A DNA stretch of 64,000 bases from positions 131,454 through 195,453 of IMG/VR virus record IMGVR_UViG_3300018080_000104. One strand, given 5' to 3'. Numbering within the stretch: position 1 is the stretch's first letter; each line of letters opens with the position of its first letter. This DNA is from a virus (lineage: Duplodnaviria > Heunggongvirae > Uroviricota > Caudoviricetes). The translations under genes were made by a program, and so were the position numbers. Positions 28,258 through 38,025 of this stretch are shown here, piece after piece. The notes below the pieces were generated by a model that was given only the letters and a program-made list of their open reading frames with translations, searched no databases and was not told the origin of the DNA.

Positions 28258-29159
28258 AACAGCTAATTCTTGCCGCCATGGCATTGCTGCTCATGGCAGC
28301 CGCTGCAATGTCGCAGCCTATTGAAACAGCAGAATTGATTGACTATGGTTTCGTACTCAAGCGGCTCGAAGCACCCGCCCCGGAGCCTGAAACTGTGCCA
28401 ATCGATTCAGTACCGGCACCCGACACGCCGCCCGAGCCCGAACAAGAGCCTGCAGCGGCGCCGACCACACAGTTGGGCATTCCGGACGACTACGAACCCG
28501 AACCGCAACCATACAAGCCCGAAGACCGCATTATCCCCGGACCACCTATCGACGACAATTCGACAACGCCGCCGCGAGAGCCTTCGCCTGGCAAGTGGTG
28601 GATCAAATCGAAACTAACCGGGAAATGGTATGAAGTCAGTAGAAAGTTGAAATGGCATGAATTTCCAAACGGCGATCTTTGGGGCTGCCCGCCGGACAAA
28701 CAAATCATATTTTCCAAGACGCTGCAGAAATACCTACAAGTCGATCCCGGTTTCACCTATTGGGATACTGCCGACGGGCTTATTGCCACACTGAAACAGA
28801 ACAAGCTGGTACAGGGCCCGATTACCGGCAACTACTACGAAATTTCACGCCGCAACACGCTGCACGAATCCTTGACCACCCATACGTCGTCCAATCTGGC
28901 GGCTGTACGACGGCCTGCCTTGCTATCCCGTAATCGTTGGATCGCTCTTCCGCTGACTAAAAGCAAAACTGGCGTTAGCGCCTGGATGACCGGCCCGGAT
29001 GTACCAAATACGAATGCTGGTAATATATCGGATGCGTGGCAGGCCAAAAGTAATTGTCCGTCCGGCAACTGCTCTAGCGGCTGCTGCGGAGGTTGCTGCG
29101 GAGGCTGCTCCAGCGGCAATTGCGGAAGTTGTTGTGGCGGTCGCTGTTCTACTTGGTAA
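28254..29159 (+). CDS. Secreted Pro-rich protein with a C-terminal Cys/Gly-rich tail.
   Basis: ATG 28254 follows AGGAGcaagacca. Signal peptide MKQLILAAMALLLMAAAAMS. Tail is CPSGNCSSGCCGGCCGGCSSGNCGSCCGGRCSTW. Confidence 0.55.
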   Translation: MKQLILAAMALLLMAAAAMSQPIETAELIDYGFVLKRLEAPAPEPETVPIDSVPAPDTPPEPEQEPAAAPTTQLGIPDDYEPEPQPYKPEDRIIPGPPIDDNSTTPPREPSPGKWWIKSKLTGKWYEVSRKLKWHEFPNGDLWGCPPDKQIIFSKTLQKYLQVDPGFTYWDTADGLIATLKQNKLVQGPITGNYYEISRRNTLHESLTTHTSSNLAAVRRPALLSRNRWIALPLTKSKTGVSAWMTGPDVPNTNAGNISDAWQAKSNCPSGNCSSGCCGGCCGGCSSGNCGSCCGGRCSTW

Positions 29160-29173
29160 AAAGGAGCTATCTG

Positions 29174-29590
29174 ATGGCTAAAAAAAAGGAAAAGGAAACG
29201 GAGTTGCCGCCGCTGCCTCCGCCTATCTTGCCAGAACAAGAGCAGGCGCCCGAGCCTAAAGCCCAGGCTGCCGGCGAACCCGTCAAGAGCCCAGTGAAAA
29301 GCAAAACATTCTGGACTGGATTGCTGGTAGCTGCGCTGGGCTTCCTGGGATTTATTCAGGCAATTCCGTACGTAGCCAACAACCAGATAATCTCGTCACT
29401 GTTGCTGATGGCTGTCGGCATCATTATGATCGTACTGCGGCTGCTCACGAGCCAGCCGGTTGCGCCGGTATTCAATATCCCGCACATCGGCAACATGAAA
29501 CCGCATCCGGCACCGCAGCCGAGTAGCCCAGACGACGATACGTGGCAGGATTGGCAGCAAGCCAGTACAACCACTTTCAAACAACCGTAG
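29174..29590 (+). CDS. Membrane protein, 138 aa, with a Lys- and Pro-rich N-terminus.
   Basis: ATG 29174 follows AAAGGAGctatctg. Two TM helices. Confidence 0.5.
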   Translation: MAKKKEKETELPPLPPPILPEQEQAPEPKAQAAGEPVKSPVKSKTFWTGLLVAALGFLGFIQAIPYVANNQIISSLLLMAVGIIMIVLRLLTSQPVAPVFNIPHIGNMKPHPAPQPSSPDDDTWQDWQQASTTTFKQP

Positions 29591-29593
29591 TTG

Positions 29594-30163
29594 TTACGGC
29601 GTTTCTTCAGCCGGCGGTGTAGCAAACACGGGCGTCGGATCGGCCTCTGCGGGCTCGGTGCCACGAATGCCGGCTTTGACACTGCCTGCTTCCTGCGAGC
29701 CCCAAATCGTCGGATCTGCCATGATCAGTACGTGGAGCAGCCTACGTTTATTCCTGCCTGTTTGTTGGCACAGCACCTGCCATTCTTGATAGATGGCAAC
29801 GTATTCCCGCCGTGAAACCTTGAAATCGGCCCAGATGGCTCGAGTTACTTTACCAGCTAACTCCGGATACTCTTCGACCATGTCGACAATTTTGCCATAT
29901 TCCACGTTGGAAATTTCAGTATCGGCATAATAGGGTCGGCATTCTGGCACAGCCGCTTCTACAACTGGCAACGTAGCTGGCTGCGCTGTCGGCGCTTCCG
30001 CGGCAGCTACGGGCAAATCTGCCTGGGAAGCCGGCAGCTTTGCAATCTCTGGATCAATCGGCTTGCAGCCCGGAATCATTGACTGTACTGCTATTGTACA
30101 GCACACAATAAATGCAACGATTGCACTGCCGAGGCCGGCAGCTCCTGCTTTGTTGGCTACCAT
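29594..30163 (-). CDS. Putative lipoprotein or secreted protein, 189 aa.
   Basis: SD AAAGGAGtactaactATG. N-terminal hydrophobic segment with Cys. Convergent with the plus-strand block. Confidence 0.5.
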   Translation of the reverse strand: MVANKAGAAGLGSAIVAFIVCCTIAVQSMIPGCKPIDPEIAKLPASQADLPVAAAEAPTAQPATLPVVEAAVPECRPYYADTEISNVEYGKIVDMVEEYPELAGKVTRAIWADFKVSRREYVAIYQEWQVLCQQTGRNKRRLLHVLIMADPTIWGSQEAGSVKAGIRGTEPAEADPTPVFATPPAEETP

Positions 30164-30223
30164 AGTTAGTACTCCTTTATAAGGTCTTGAAGTGCATAGA
30201 TGATCCCGAAATGAGTTTCGGGA

Positions 30224-30808
30224 TCATCGAAACAGCCTACACTGCCGAAGCATATCGAGCGGACAGTCGTCCATTTGATTGTGTTCTTCAATCGGTTCAT
30301 ATATCATTTGGCCGAACTGGCCTTCCGTAACACGATATGCAGGCGATGTTTTATTCAAATGATCTTCGAGCGTTGGGTATTTGCCGGTTTCCTGCTGTAT
30401 CAGCATGGCCGACGAACACGAAATTCGCATGTCGTCGGGCAGAGGTCGAAATTTCTGTCGTTGTGGCAGTTTATGGACATCTTTGATCACTATATCTGCA
30501 TCATCCAGCTTATCTTGCGTACACGGACCCTTGCCTGGCGATAATACAATCTGTTTTCCTTCGGCCAAAGTTGCCAAGCTCTCTGCAGCGACGGCAACAT
30601 CATTATGTGTAATGTTGCATTCAGGTCGAGTGGTACGCCCGCAAAGTACACGAAATGCGGCATTATCTGCAACTAATTGACGCTTCCGCGCTGCAAGTTC
30701 AGCAGCCATTCGCTGGTATTCTTCGCCAGATATTGTTCCAGTCGGCCTGGGATCAGGCAGAGCTTGCGGCGCAATGTGAATGCGGCGCAGATTGCGTAAG
30801 ATTGTCAT
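30224..30808 (-). CDS. Hypothetical protein, 194 aa.
   Basis: ORF with coherent gene spacing. Confidence 0.45.
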   Translation of the reverse strand: MTILRNLRRIHIAPQALPDPRPTGTISGEEYQRMAAELAARKRQLVADNAAFRVLCGRTTRPECNITHNDVAVAAESLATLAEGKQIVLSPGKGPCTQDKLDDADIVIKDVHKLPQRQKFRPLPDDMRISCSSAMLIQQETGKYPTLEDHLNKTSPAYRVTEGQFGQMIYEPIEEHNQMDDCPLDMLRQCRLFR

Positions 30809-30813
30809 CGGGC

Positions 30814-31797
30814 TTACATCATTCCAAAGGTCTTAAATACTCCGGCAAGCATGCCAGCTCTCTGGATATCATTTCTGGCTTCCGGAGTCAAGCGCAGCAC
30901 CGGGCCTGCTACCCGCCCGATCACACTGCCGACCATGCCGCCCAGCCCGGCATTGGCTGCAACGCGTGTGACGTCCATGGGTGACACCCAACGGGAACCC
31001 TTTGCTACGGCAGCCCCCATCGGCAGTCCGCCTACAATTGCTTTAGTCGGCGGCGACATGATCGGATCACTTTTTACAACGTCCAACCAGTAAGGCACAT
31101 CAATATCGGGAAGGTAGTCCTGGCCTGCCCTCGCAGCCTGGATAGCCGCATTGTCCTTATCGTACATCAGCCCAGTGCCTCTTTCTACGCGATCGAGGAT
31201 TCCCGGCAGCGCAGAAAAGCCCGGGCTTGCCCATTTTTCCATGGCAATGGCTTCCATGCCTTCCGGCATTTCGCAGGCCAGTTTTTGCTCTTGGATTGGC
31301 GACGGATGGAAAAATCCCGTCGGACCCTTTTGAAGTACATTTGGCAGGCCATGCAAACCAAGGGCTCCCACACCACCCAAAATGGCTCCAAGTGGCATTC
31401 CCAGCCGCCAGCTAACGTCTTTCTTGATTTTCTCCGGATACAGCATGTGCATCAGCTTCCCGGTGCCCCAGCCCAGACCGGCTCCCAGCGTCCCGTACAG
31501 CAACGCTGACGTCAATGGATTGGGACCGCCCAGCAAAGACTGCAGTGATGCCGAAGTCCTCGCAAGAGGCCGTAGCGGCGTCGTAGAGCGTGCTCCTGCT
31601 TTGGCTGCTGCCCAGGCTTTGGCAAGTGCATCAGCTATACTGGCATCGGCCTGCTTCAAAATACCCACTTCTGGGGTATCTATGACCCAGGCATCCTCGT
31701 TTTCCGGGAAATCCTCCATCAGCTGCCGCATCTCGCCGGCATACTTGACGTACAGATTTTTGATGCGGTAAGGCACCGCCAGCCATTGCTCATCCAT
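30814..31797 (-). CDS. Hypothetical Gly-rich protein, 327 aa.
   Basis: ORF with G-rich segments (GTLGAGLGWGTG). Confidence 0.45.
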   Translation of the reverse strand: MDEQWLAVPYRIKNLYVKYAGEMRQLMEDFPENEDAWVIDTPEVGILKQADASIADALAKAWAAAKAGARSTTPLRPLARTSASLQSLLGGPNPLTSALLYGTLGAGLGWGTGKLMHMLYPEKIKKDVSWRLGMPLGAILGGVGALGLHGLPNVLQKGPTGFFHPSPIQEQKLACEMPEGMEAIAMEKWASPGFSALPGILDRVERGTGLMYDKDNAAIQAARAGQDYLPDIDVPYWLDVVKSDPIMSPPTKAIVGGLPMGAAVAKGSRWVSPMDVTRVAANAGLGGMVGSVIGRVAGPVLRLTPEARNDIQRAGMLAGVFKTFGMM

Positions 31798-31804
31798 GAT
31801 TTGT

Positions 31805-32362
31805 CTATCCGCAGACAGATTTGATTATGTCGGGTGTTTTTCGGACCCACCACGAAGGGCACGATTCTGCTGTCTTCTGTACCGGAATATCACCAAAGAA
31901 CGTGTGCACGGCTTCGACTACGCCGTTGCGTTTCCACGGTCGAAAATCGTGTCCCGAAAAAATGCCATTTTCGCGCAGCTTCGACCACCATGCCCGCATA
32001 TCTGCCAACACAGCGGACTCGGAATGACAGGCATCGATGAAGATCCAATCGAAAAAGCTGTCCGGAAAGAGCCTAGCGCCGATCGGCGAAGATCCGACGA
32101 CAATATGCACATTGGGCCTGTCTTTGAATTTGCTTTCAACGGTTTTGCGACGCTGTCGCTGTGACTTACGTACCTTTGGTTTAAGATTGTCGCCGCTGTC
32201 CCACATATCCAGCAAGTAAATCTGGCTATCCTTCGGCAACTTCGGAATATATTTCTCGGCAAACTGACCCTTAAGCACGCCGATTTCGATCGTTGTCGGG
32301 CACTGTATGTCACACAGCAGCTTCGGAAAAGCTTCTCGGCATTTAATCGTAGTAATGGGCAT
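31805..32362 (-). CDS. Class I SAM-dependent methyltransferase (O-MTase family-3-like).
   Basis: Internal ATG at 32362 (MPITTIK). Motif ...WIFIDACHSESAVLADMRAWWSKL. Confidence 0.5.
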   Translation of the reverse strand: MPITTIKCREAFPKLLCDIQCPTTIEIGVLKGQFAEKYIPKLPKDSQIYLLDMWDSGDNLKPKVRKSQRQRRKTVESKFKDRPNVHIVVGSSPIGARLFPDSFFDWIFIDACHSESAVLADMRAWWSKLRENGIFSGHDFRPWKRNGVVEAVHTFFGDIPVQKTAESCPSWWVRKTPDIIKSVCG

Positions 32363-32384
32363 AACAAAACCTAGGCAGTTGCAT

Positions 32385-34163
32385 TTACGGTAGCTGCGGC
32401 TGCGGCGGCTGTTGTGGTTGTTGTGGTTGTTGCGCTGCGGACTCGGGCCCGAACACTGGCGGCGCCGGAGTAGCTGGCGGCGCGGGAGCCGCTGGGCCTT
32501 GTGTCCCCCGCTGTCCAATCATGGCCAACGGCTGTACGCCGGGTATTTGATGTGTCGTACCGCCGGGATTCAATTCTCGCAATTCTCGCTTGGTCGGGAT
32601 TCCTGCCAAACGGAAAATGGCCTCTGCAGCGTCGATAGGCTGCTTTCCTCGCCGCTGCAATGTCGTTACGAACCTTCGCGGAAAATGTTCCTGCGCAATA
32701 CCCGTCCATCCGGCTTCTTGTCTGGCTCTATTTGCGTATTCGCGCATCTTTTGTACGGATTGTGGTCCATATCGCAATACTTCCTGCAGTTTCTCGTAAG
32801 CCGACATATCCGGGTCGGACATCAATGATTTAACGCCGGCCCGCTGCGCAAGCCGCTCTGCCATGAGATTCAATGCATGTTGTCGTTGCATCTGTATTTT
32901 CGGAGAATTCCCGGCATAGCTCCCGCGGATATTGGTGACTTGCGGCATCCACACGCTAGCAGCCTGCGACATTATTGCATTCTGCAGTGCCGGATTGTTT
33001 GCCAGATACGTTTGCTTGTTGAATCGTGATTGGTTGAAGATATTATCGATCGTAATGCCTTTGGCATTGATCGACTTATTCATCATGTTTTTCCATTCCC
33101 TAAACGACAGTGGTACAGGCCCTCGTGGCGTTTGTTTTATGAATCCTTGTCCTTGGTTCAGGGCCTGAGCAAATCGTTCGCCGGGTGATCCAGGCTTAAA
33201 GCCGCCAATCAGAGGGTCATTGATGATTCTAGCGGTTGCCGCGGCTGCGCTGGCTCGCCAATCCCGTTGCAATAATCGCCAGATTCCAGAACGAGCTTCG
33301 GCAATGTCTGTCGGGGACAATCGCAATGGCTGTCCGGCGGCGCTCGCAGCTGCGCCGTATAGGCCCGCTTTACCGCCTTGCTCTGTAGCATAATTAGCGA
33401 TACGGGCTAATTCGGCATACCGCTCCGGATTCTGAATACCTCCGCCCTGTTCAAATGCGTTCCACACAGACTGTGCATCTGTCGGAAATCCCATCGTTCG
33501 CATTTGATCCTTGGTCACGGCTAGCGACATGGTCAGCCGCCGTAAATTGTTTTTGAACTGCACGGGATCCGTTGTTGGCAGTTGCCCCGCCTGCGCCGCC
33601 TGCATAATAATTTCGGCCATGTCATTGGCTCGGAAGCCAGCACTCAAACTGGGATCCTCATTGAAAGCCTGCGCAACTGCATCAGCAAACGGTTTTGTCT
33701 GCGTCGGATTCATTCCGCGATTCTGCATCGCCCGCTGTACAGCGCCCCCGATAGCGGAAGCTCCGCCGAAAGCGCCGTTGGTCAGTTGATCGAGCCATGG
33801 GCCCAAAAATTGTCCAACGGGGCCGGCTAAAATGGTGCCAAGCTGCTGCTGCACTTTGGGCGTCCAGTCTACGCCCATGAATGCCAATAGCCCGCGGATA
33901 GCGCTCATGACTTCCTGCTGCGTAGTGCTGCTCCATTGCGATCCTTGCGCTGCCAGCACGTTCTGCTGCATGGCCTGTTCTTGGAGCCTGCGAGTCAGCG
34001 GAACGTCCGGACTCCCGCCGATTGCAACACGCTCAGGGCCGGCTATCGATTGAAGCAACGACTGCCCAACAGGCACGCCTACCATGCTGCCAGCTTGCTG
34101 CGCAAACTGCCCAAAGGGTATATTCGGTGACATGTCGGCTTGTTTTTCAGGCATAGCAGCCAT
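32385..34163 (-). CDS. Gln-rich hypothetical protein, 592 aa (possibly a virion-internal protein).
   Basis: ATG 34163 follows GGAGGGccacgga. C-terminal QQPQQPQQPPQPQLP tail. Confidence 0.5.
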   Translation of the reverse strand: MAAMPEKQADMSPNIPFGQFAQQAGSMVGVPVGQSLLQSIAGPERVAIGGSPDVPLTRRLQEQAMQQNVLAAQGSQWSSTTQQEVMSAIRGLLAFMGVDWTPKVQQQLGTILAGPVGQFLGPWLDQLTNGAFGGASAIGGAVQRAMQNRGMNPTQTKPFADAVAQAFNEDPSLSAGFRANDMAEIIMQAAQAGQLPTTDPVQFKNNLRRLTMSLAVTKDQMRTMGFPTDAQSVWNAFEQGGGIQNPERYAELARIANYATEQGGKAGLYGAAASAAGQPLRLSPTDIAEARSGIWRLLQRDWRASAAAATARIINDPLIGGFKPGSPGERFAQALNQGQGFIKQTPRGPVPLSFREWKNMMNKSINAKGITIDNIFNQSRFNKQTYLANNPALQNAIMSQAASVWMPQVTNIRGSYAGNSPKIQMQRQHALNLMAERLAQRAGVKSLMSDPDMSAYEKLQEVLRYGPQSVQKMREYANRARQEAGWTGIAQEHFPRRFVTTLQRRGKQPIDAAEAIFRLAGIPTKRELRELNPGGTTHQIPGVQPLAMIGQRGTQGPAAPAPPATPAPPVFGPESAAQQPQQPQQPPQPQLP

Positions 34164-34179
34164 TCCGTGGCCCTCCAGC

Positions 34180-37014
34180 CTACATCTTAGTGGGTTGCCC
34201 CGGTTTCTCCAAGACAACGTTCGCCGCTTTTGATTGGAATAGCTGCGATGCGACAGCCCGCAGCTGCGAGCCTTCGGCCAGCCAATCCTTAAACTGATCT
34301 AGTGTCAACCCCGTAATATTGCCAAAGCCTGCCCAGCCTTTCTCGTAATTGGCCATGTAGGCAGCTTTGGCGGCCTCCTTAGTGTCAAATCCGAGCATTA
34401 CTTTGTGCTCGTCGAACCGTTTGGTCTGCGGGTCGACCTGATCGACCACGAAAATGAGCTCAGTATCCGGATTGGGCCCAAGGAAAACATCGACATGGTC
34501 TCCGTCCTTATCTTCGGTTCGGCGGATGTAGCCGTAGTGGTTCTTCATCGCGATCGACCACTTTTTGCCGTCCCGCGAAACACCGGATCGCGTACTGCCT
34601 TTGGCGTTCTCGATAGTGACGTCGAAGCCGTGCATGCGCACATGCCCCTTGCGGTAATTGCCGGCTTCGGCCTGCGCTTCCGTGGGTTCTTGTACTTTCC
34701 GCGATTCGGCGGCGATCAACTGCGGCAGTGTCATTGCTTCCTTGACTCGCCCGCTTCGTTTCATGTCGGACCAGCCGCAGACCATGCAATGCGGATGCAG
34801 ATATTCGTCGTCGACGTGCGGCGCCCAGTATGTTTTGTGGCCGCACTCGCCGCAGATCATATCATCGTCGGACGCCGCCTTACTCTCTTGCAGCGGATAA
34901 TCCTCGTGCAGTGCGTGCAAAGCTGGCGCCCTCAATGCTCCTGACGGGAACGCTCCCTGACTCTTGATGCGGGCCATACGACCGATAAAGGCATCAGGGT
35001 CTGTTTGAAGCTCACGACGCAGTTCGTCCGACAGTCCAGTGCCGACACGTCCAATTGTCGGCCCATCCGGTCCTCGCGAATAAGTAAAACCACCTGCTCC
35101 GGTATCGCGGTACTTACCTTCACCGGGAAAGACTCCTGTAATCCATACATCGTGTTCGTCTAGTAGTTTGATTTTTTTCGGTTTGCCCGGTGGATCGTGA
35201 ATCACGATCCCTTCTTCGGTAAGCGGGTGGCGGCCTTCTGCAATTTCCCGCCAAAGCGATTTAGCTCCTTCCGGAGTTGTTGCCTCCTCCGGCGCGTGGA
35301 AGACATCTTCCGGCAGGTGAGACAAAACCTTGCGCAACATGGCCAGCCGCTCGGCATAGGGAGTCTCCTTGGCTATCGGTTCTTTTCCGAGTTGTTGAAT
35401 GTCATAGAGCATTTGCTTCAGCTTGACTCGCTGGTCTCGCTGCTTGGCAATGCTGTTGGCAACAGTGGCGTTGAGGATTCCTCCGAGTTCTTGCGGCGGA
35501 ATAGTTAGGCGTCCTGTTTGTGCCGGAGTGCGTGTGCCGTAGATTTCTCCCTTCAAAACTGTACCGACGAGCTCTTTTGGTATTTGTAGTTCAGGGCGTC
35601 CGTGGAGTATTCGCTCCGTGTGAACTAGCGGCCGCCCTGTCTCTTTGGCCACCCGATACGACATGATTTCGACGCCGTTTTCGAGTAGACGCGTAAGGCT
35701 TGCGGCCCCGTCGATTTTAGCCTGTACGGATGCGCCTGGCTTCAATTTAGCCAGCACGTCTTCGACCTGCTCTTGCGGAATCTTGGTATAGTGTACCTTA
35801 TTGTACGGTGTAACTTCCACCGGCGTTGTATTGACCAGCAGCCACGCTTTATCCTTGAAGCTGCGCGGCTTGATCAGCGCAAAGCGTTCGGGATGCCGCT
35901 GTCCGGCCATTGTGAAGCTGATCTTATCCGGTGTAGCCTTGGTGATAAGGATCTTTCCCTTCCGATGGGTTCGCACTGTGCCAGCACCGTAGCCGCCTCT
36001 AAGCGCGCCTTCGAACGGCATGTATCCGTGGTGATGAAGCGGCTGCCGGTAGATCGAAATTTTCTTTTTGGCATCGGGAAGCTCCTTTCTGGTGGCCCAA
36101 CTGAAGGCCCCCATAGCAGGATCGCCAAACCGGATATCGAAATGTTCGCCGGCACGCCGTGCATTGTGTTTCTGTATGACGAAATCCAGCAGCTGCCCGG
36201 CGCGGACTTTAGAAAGATCTCCCATGTTTTTGATGTCGGGAATTCCGGGAATTGCTACAGCACATTTCATAAGACCCAACAGATTAGCCCAGTCATTATC
36301 ACCGCCATGAGGATCAGCATCGGCCAACGGACCTCCCGCCAAGTCTCGTCCCAACGCTCCGTCTGTTCCCGCCGCTTTTGTATGCGGCCGTAGTAGTATC
36401 TGGCTAGCAGCCTTCGCTTGACCAATTCGCCCAAGGTAGGCGCTTCCTGTCGCAGGCGCTCCAGTATATTGTCCCGAGACGCCCTGTCGTAGTTCGCTAT
36501 TGTCTTTGCTATTCGTTCCGCTTCCTCTCGCGTTTCCGTGCGCGTTAGATATCGTCGCCCCATTGCCTTTCCCCTTGTCATTCTGGTAAAGGATGCCCTT
36601 ACGCCGTACCGCAACAGTAATGTGAAAAGGATATTTTGGCTGCGGAGGCAAGCCATACGTCCTGCGAAATCGCTCTAATTCGACGCTCTTGACCGGAATG
36701 ATCCACGCCTTAGACATCTCTTCCCAGCCGGCCGGCTCGATAATCTTCATTTTACCGACTATGTAATGAAAATCACGCCCTCTTTCCGAAACAGCTCGAG
36801 CTCCGCCTATCTGCGCAAGTTCTTCGGGACGGACAACAGAGATATGGGCATTCAGCTGCCCAGTCTCGTTTGTGGGCAGTTCGATTCCCGGCTCGTCGAG
36901 CGCGTCGAAGTAACCGCGTACTATGGCATTCGGCACGGCGAGCAATAACCAGCCGGATTTGGAGAAGTACAATTTCCCCACTTGCTGTGAATCTGTCGCG
37001 ACTTTTTCATTCAT
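34180..37014 (-). CDS. Multidomain nucleic-acid end-healing and sealing protein: 2H phosphoesterase + LigD-type 3'-phosphoesterase + ATP-dependent ligase + Zn ribbon + inorganic-pyrophosphatase-like domain.
   Basis: Two HxT/S motifs (AHISVV, FHITVA). PE block FVIQKHNARRAGEHFDIRFGD. Ligase motif I KIDGAAS, motif IV EGIVIH, motif V KIKLLDEHDVWITGV. Zn ribbon CGECGH...CMVCGW. PPase-like NHYGYIRRTEDKDGDHVDVFLGP...NYEKGW. Its start overlaps the stop of the PAS gene (ATGAATGA). Confidence 0.7.
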   Translation of the reverse strand: MNEKVATDSQQVGKLYFSKSGWLLLAVPNAIVRGYFDALDEPGIELPTNETGQLNAHISVVRPEELAQIGGARAVSERGRDFHYIVGKMKIIEPAGWEEMSKAWIIPVKSVELERFRRTYGLPPQPKYPFHITVAVRRKGILYQNDKGKGNGATISNAHGNARGSGTNSKDNSELRQGVSGQYTGAPATGSAYLGRIGQAKAASQILLRPHTKAAGTDGALGRDLAGGPLADADPHGGDNDWANLLGLMKCAVAIPGIPDIKNMGDLSKVRAGQLLDFVIQKHNARRAGEHFDIRFGDPAMGAFSWATRKELPDAKKKISIYRQPLHHHGYMPFEGALRGGYGAGTVRTHRKGKILITKATPDKISFTMAGQRHPERFALIKPRSFKDKAWLLVNTTPVEVTPYNKVHYTKIPQEQVEDVLAKLKPGASVQAKIDGAASLTRLLENGVEIMSYRVAKETGRPLVHTERILHGRPELQIPKELVGTVLKGEIYGTRTPAQTGRLTIPPQELGGILNATVANSIAKQRDQRVKLKQMLYDIQQLGKEPIAKETPYAERLAMLRKVLSHLPEDVFHAPEEATTPEGAKSLWREIAEGRHPLTEEGIVIHDPPGKPKKIKLLDEHDVWITGVFPGEGKYRDTGAGGFTYSRGPDGPTIGRVGTGLSDELRRELQTDPDAFIGRMARIKSQGAFPSGALRAPALHALHEDYPLQESKAASDDDMICGECGHKTYWAPHVDDEYLHPHCMVCGWSDMKRSGRVKEAMTLPQLIAAESRKVQEPTEAQAEAGNYRKGHVRMHGFDVTIENAKGSTRSGVSRDGKKWSIAMKNHYGYIRRTEDKDGDHVDVFLGPNPDTELIFVVDQVDPQTKRFDEHKVMLGFDTKEAAKAAYMANYEKGWAGFGNITGLTLDQFKDWLAEGSQLRAVASQLFQSKAANVVLEKPGQPTKM

Positions 37015-37618
37015 ATCGCTTCAGTTCTATGTGCTTTGGCTCCGGCTGCACTTGGCTGACGTCGCCCGAGATATACAGTTTCTTCTCTGCGCCGTACTTG
37101 TCTGGATAGAACAGCAGCACAAAACTCTTATGGGCATTTTGCGCGCCGGTTACTTTTCCTTTAACGCGGATCGTAGTGCCGTCTTTGCACATTGCATCGG
37201 TCGCCATTTCGAGTACGTCGCCCTCGAACAGCCCATTGCGCAGTTCTTCGTCCGCCCAAAGCTTACGATGTATATCTCGCAATTCGTCACTTGGCATAAG
37301 AAATGCGGTCGACGATCCCACAATCTCTTTTTCTTCCCAGCCAAATAACTTTGTGGCGCCGTTATTCCAGGCAATAATGTCGCCCTCTTCATTTGTCGCG
37401 ACGATCGCGGTAGGAATGTGTTCGATCACATTTTGCCATAACCGCGCTTTGGCAGCCGCTGCTTCGGACCTGTCCTGCGCTTTTTGCAGCCCGTATGCGA
37501 GCGCCGTAACGGCTACAAGCAGTCCGCAAAATATGATCGTAGAGATCAGCTTCCGGCATTTCCAGCCAGCATGCTGAATTTCAGTCATCGGCGTTTCCAG
37601 TCGCTGCAACGTAATCAT
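37007..37618 (-). CDS. Membrane-anchored PAS-domain protein.
   Basis: SD AAGGAGGacaagaaATG. One TM helix, then a PAS-like fold (IEHIPTAIVATNEEGDIIAWNNGATKLFGWEEKEIVGSSTAFLMP...DGTTIRVKGKV). Confidence 0.6.
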   Translation of the reverse strand: MITLQRLETPMTEIQHAGWKCRKLISTIIFCGLLVAVTALAYGLQKAQDRSEAAAAKARLWQNVIEHIPTAIVATNEEGDIIAWNNGATKLFGWEEKEIVGSSTAFLMPSDELRDIHRKLWADEELRNGLFEGDVLEMATDAMCKDGTTIRVKGKVTGAQNAHKSFVLLFYPDKYGAEKKLYISGDVSQVQPEPKHIELKRYE

Positions 37619-38025
37619 TTCTTGTCCTCCTTTGACCTCTTACGACGCGATTTCGTCGTTTTGATTTCCTTATCTTCCGGCGGACTGGGCGCTTCTTCCC
37701 GTTTAACATCGGGCATTGCCTCGGCATGCAAGACCAGTTTGAGTTTGCCGCCAAGGAGCAGCATGGTCAAATCCACTACGTTGGCGCCGCCGATTCCTGT
37801 AAGTCCGCTGATAGCTAACAAAAGGAAAATATTGTCTTTGGCATCAAAGTAATTATACAACGCCAAGCAAATAAGCAGACCAACAATGCCGGAAAATAGA
37901 AAGGCGACTGTAATGCTCCGCAATGTTATTTGTTCCTTGGACCGCAAATGGGCAGCGGTACCGCCAAAAGCGGCAATGCCGAATGCAGAAAAGAACACCC
38001 AAATTGGTTCAAATTCTGCTGGCAT
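37615..38025 (-). CDS. Small membrane protein (3-4 TM) with a Lys-rich C-terminus.
   Basis: SD GGAGAcgcggaATG. Its stop overlaps the PAS gene start (ATGA). Confidence 0.55.
   Translation of the reverse strand: MPAEFEPIWVFFSAFGIAAFGGTAAHLRSKEQITLRSITVAFLFSGIVGLLICLALYNYFDAKDNIFLLLAISGLTGIGGANVVDLTMLLLGGKLKLVLHAEAMPDVKREEAPSPPEDKEIKTTKSRRKRSKEDKK

Noticed and set aside
36267-36656. A 129-aa minus-strand ORF inside the ligase gene region, and plus-strand ORFs 34405-36393.
   Set aside because: They are nested within or antisense to the 944-aa multidomain gene, whose domains are contiguous and motif-supported.
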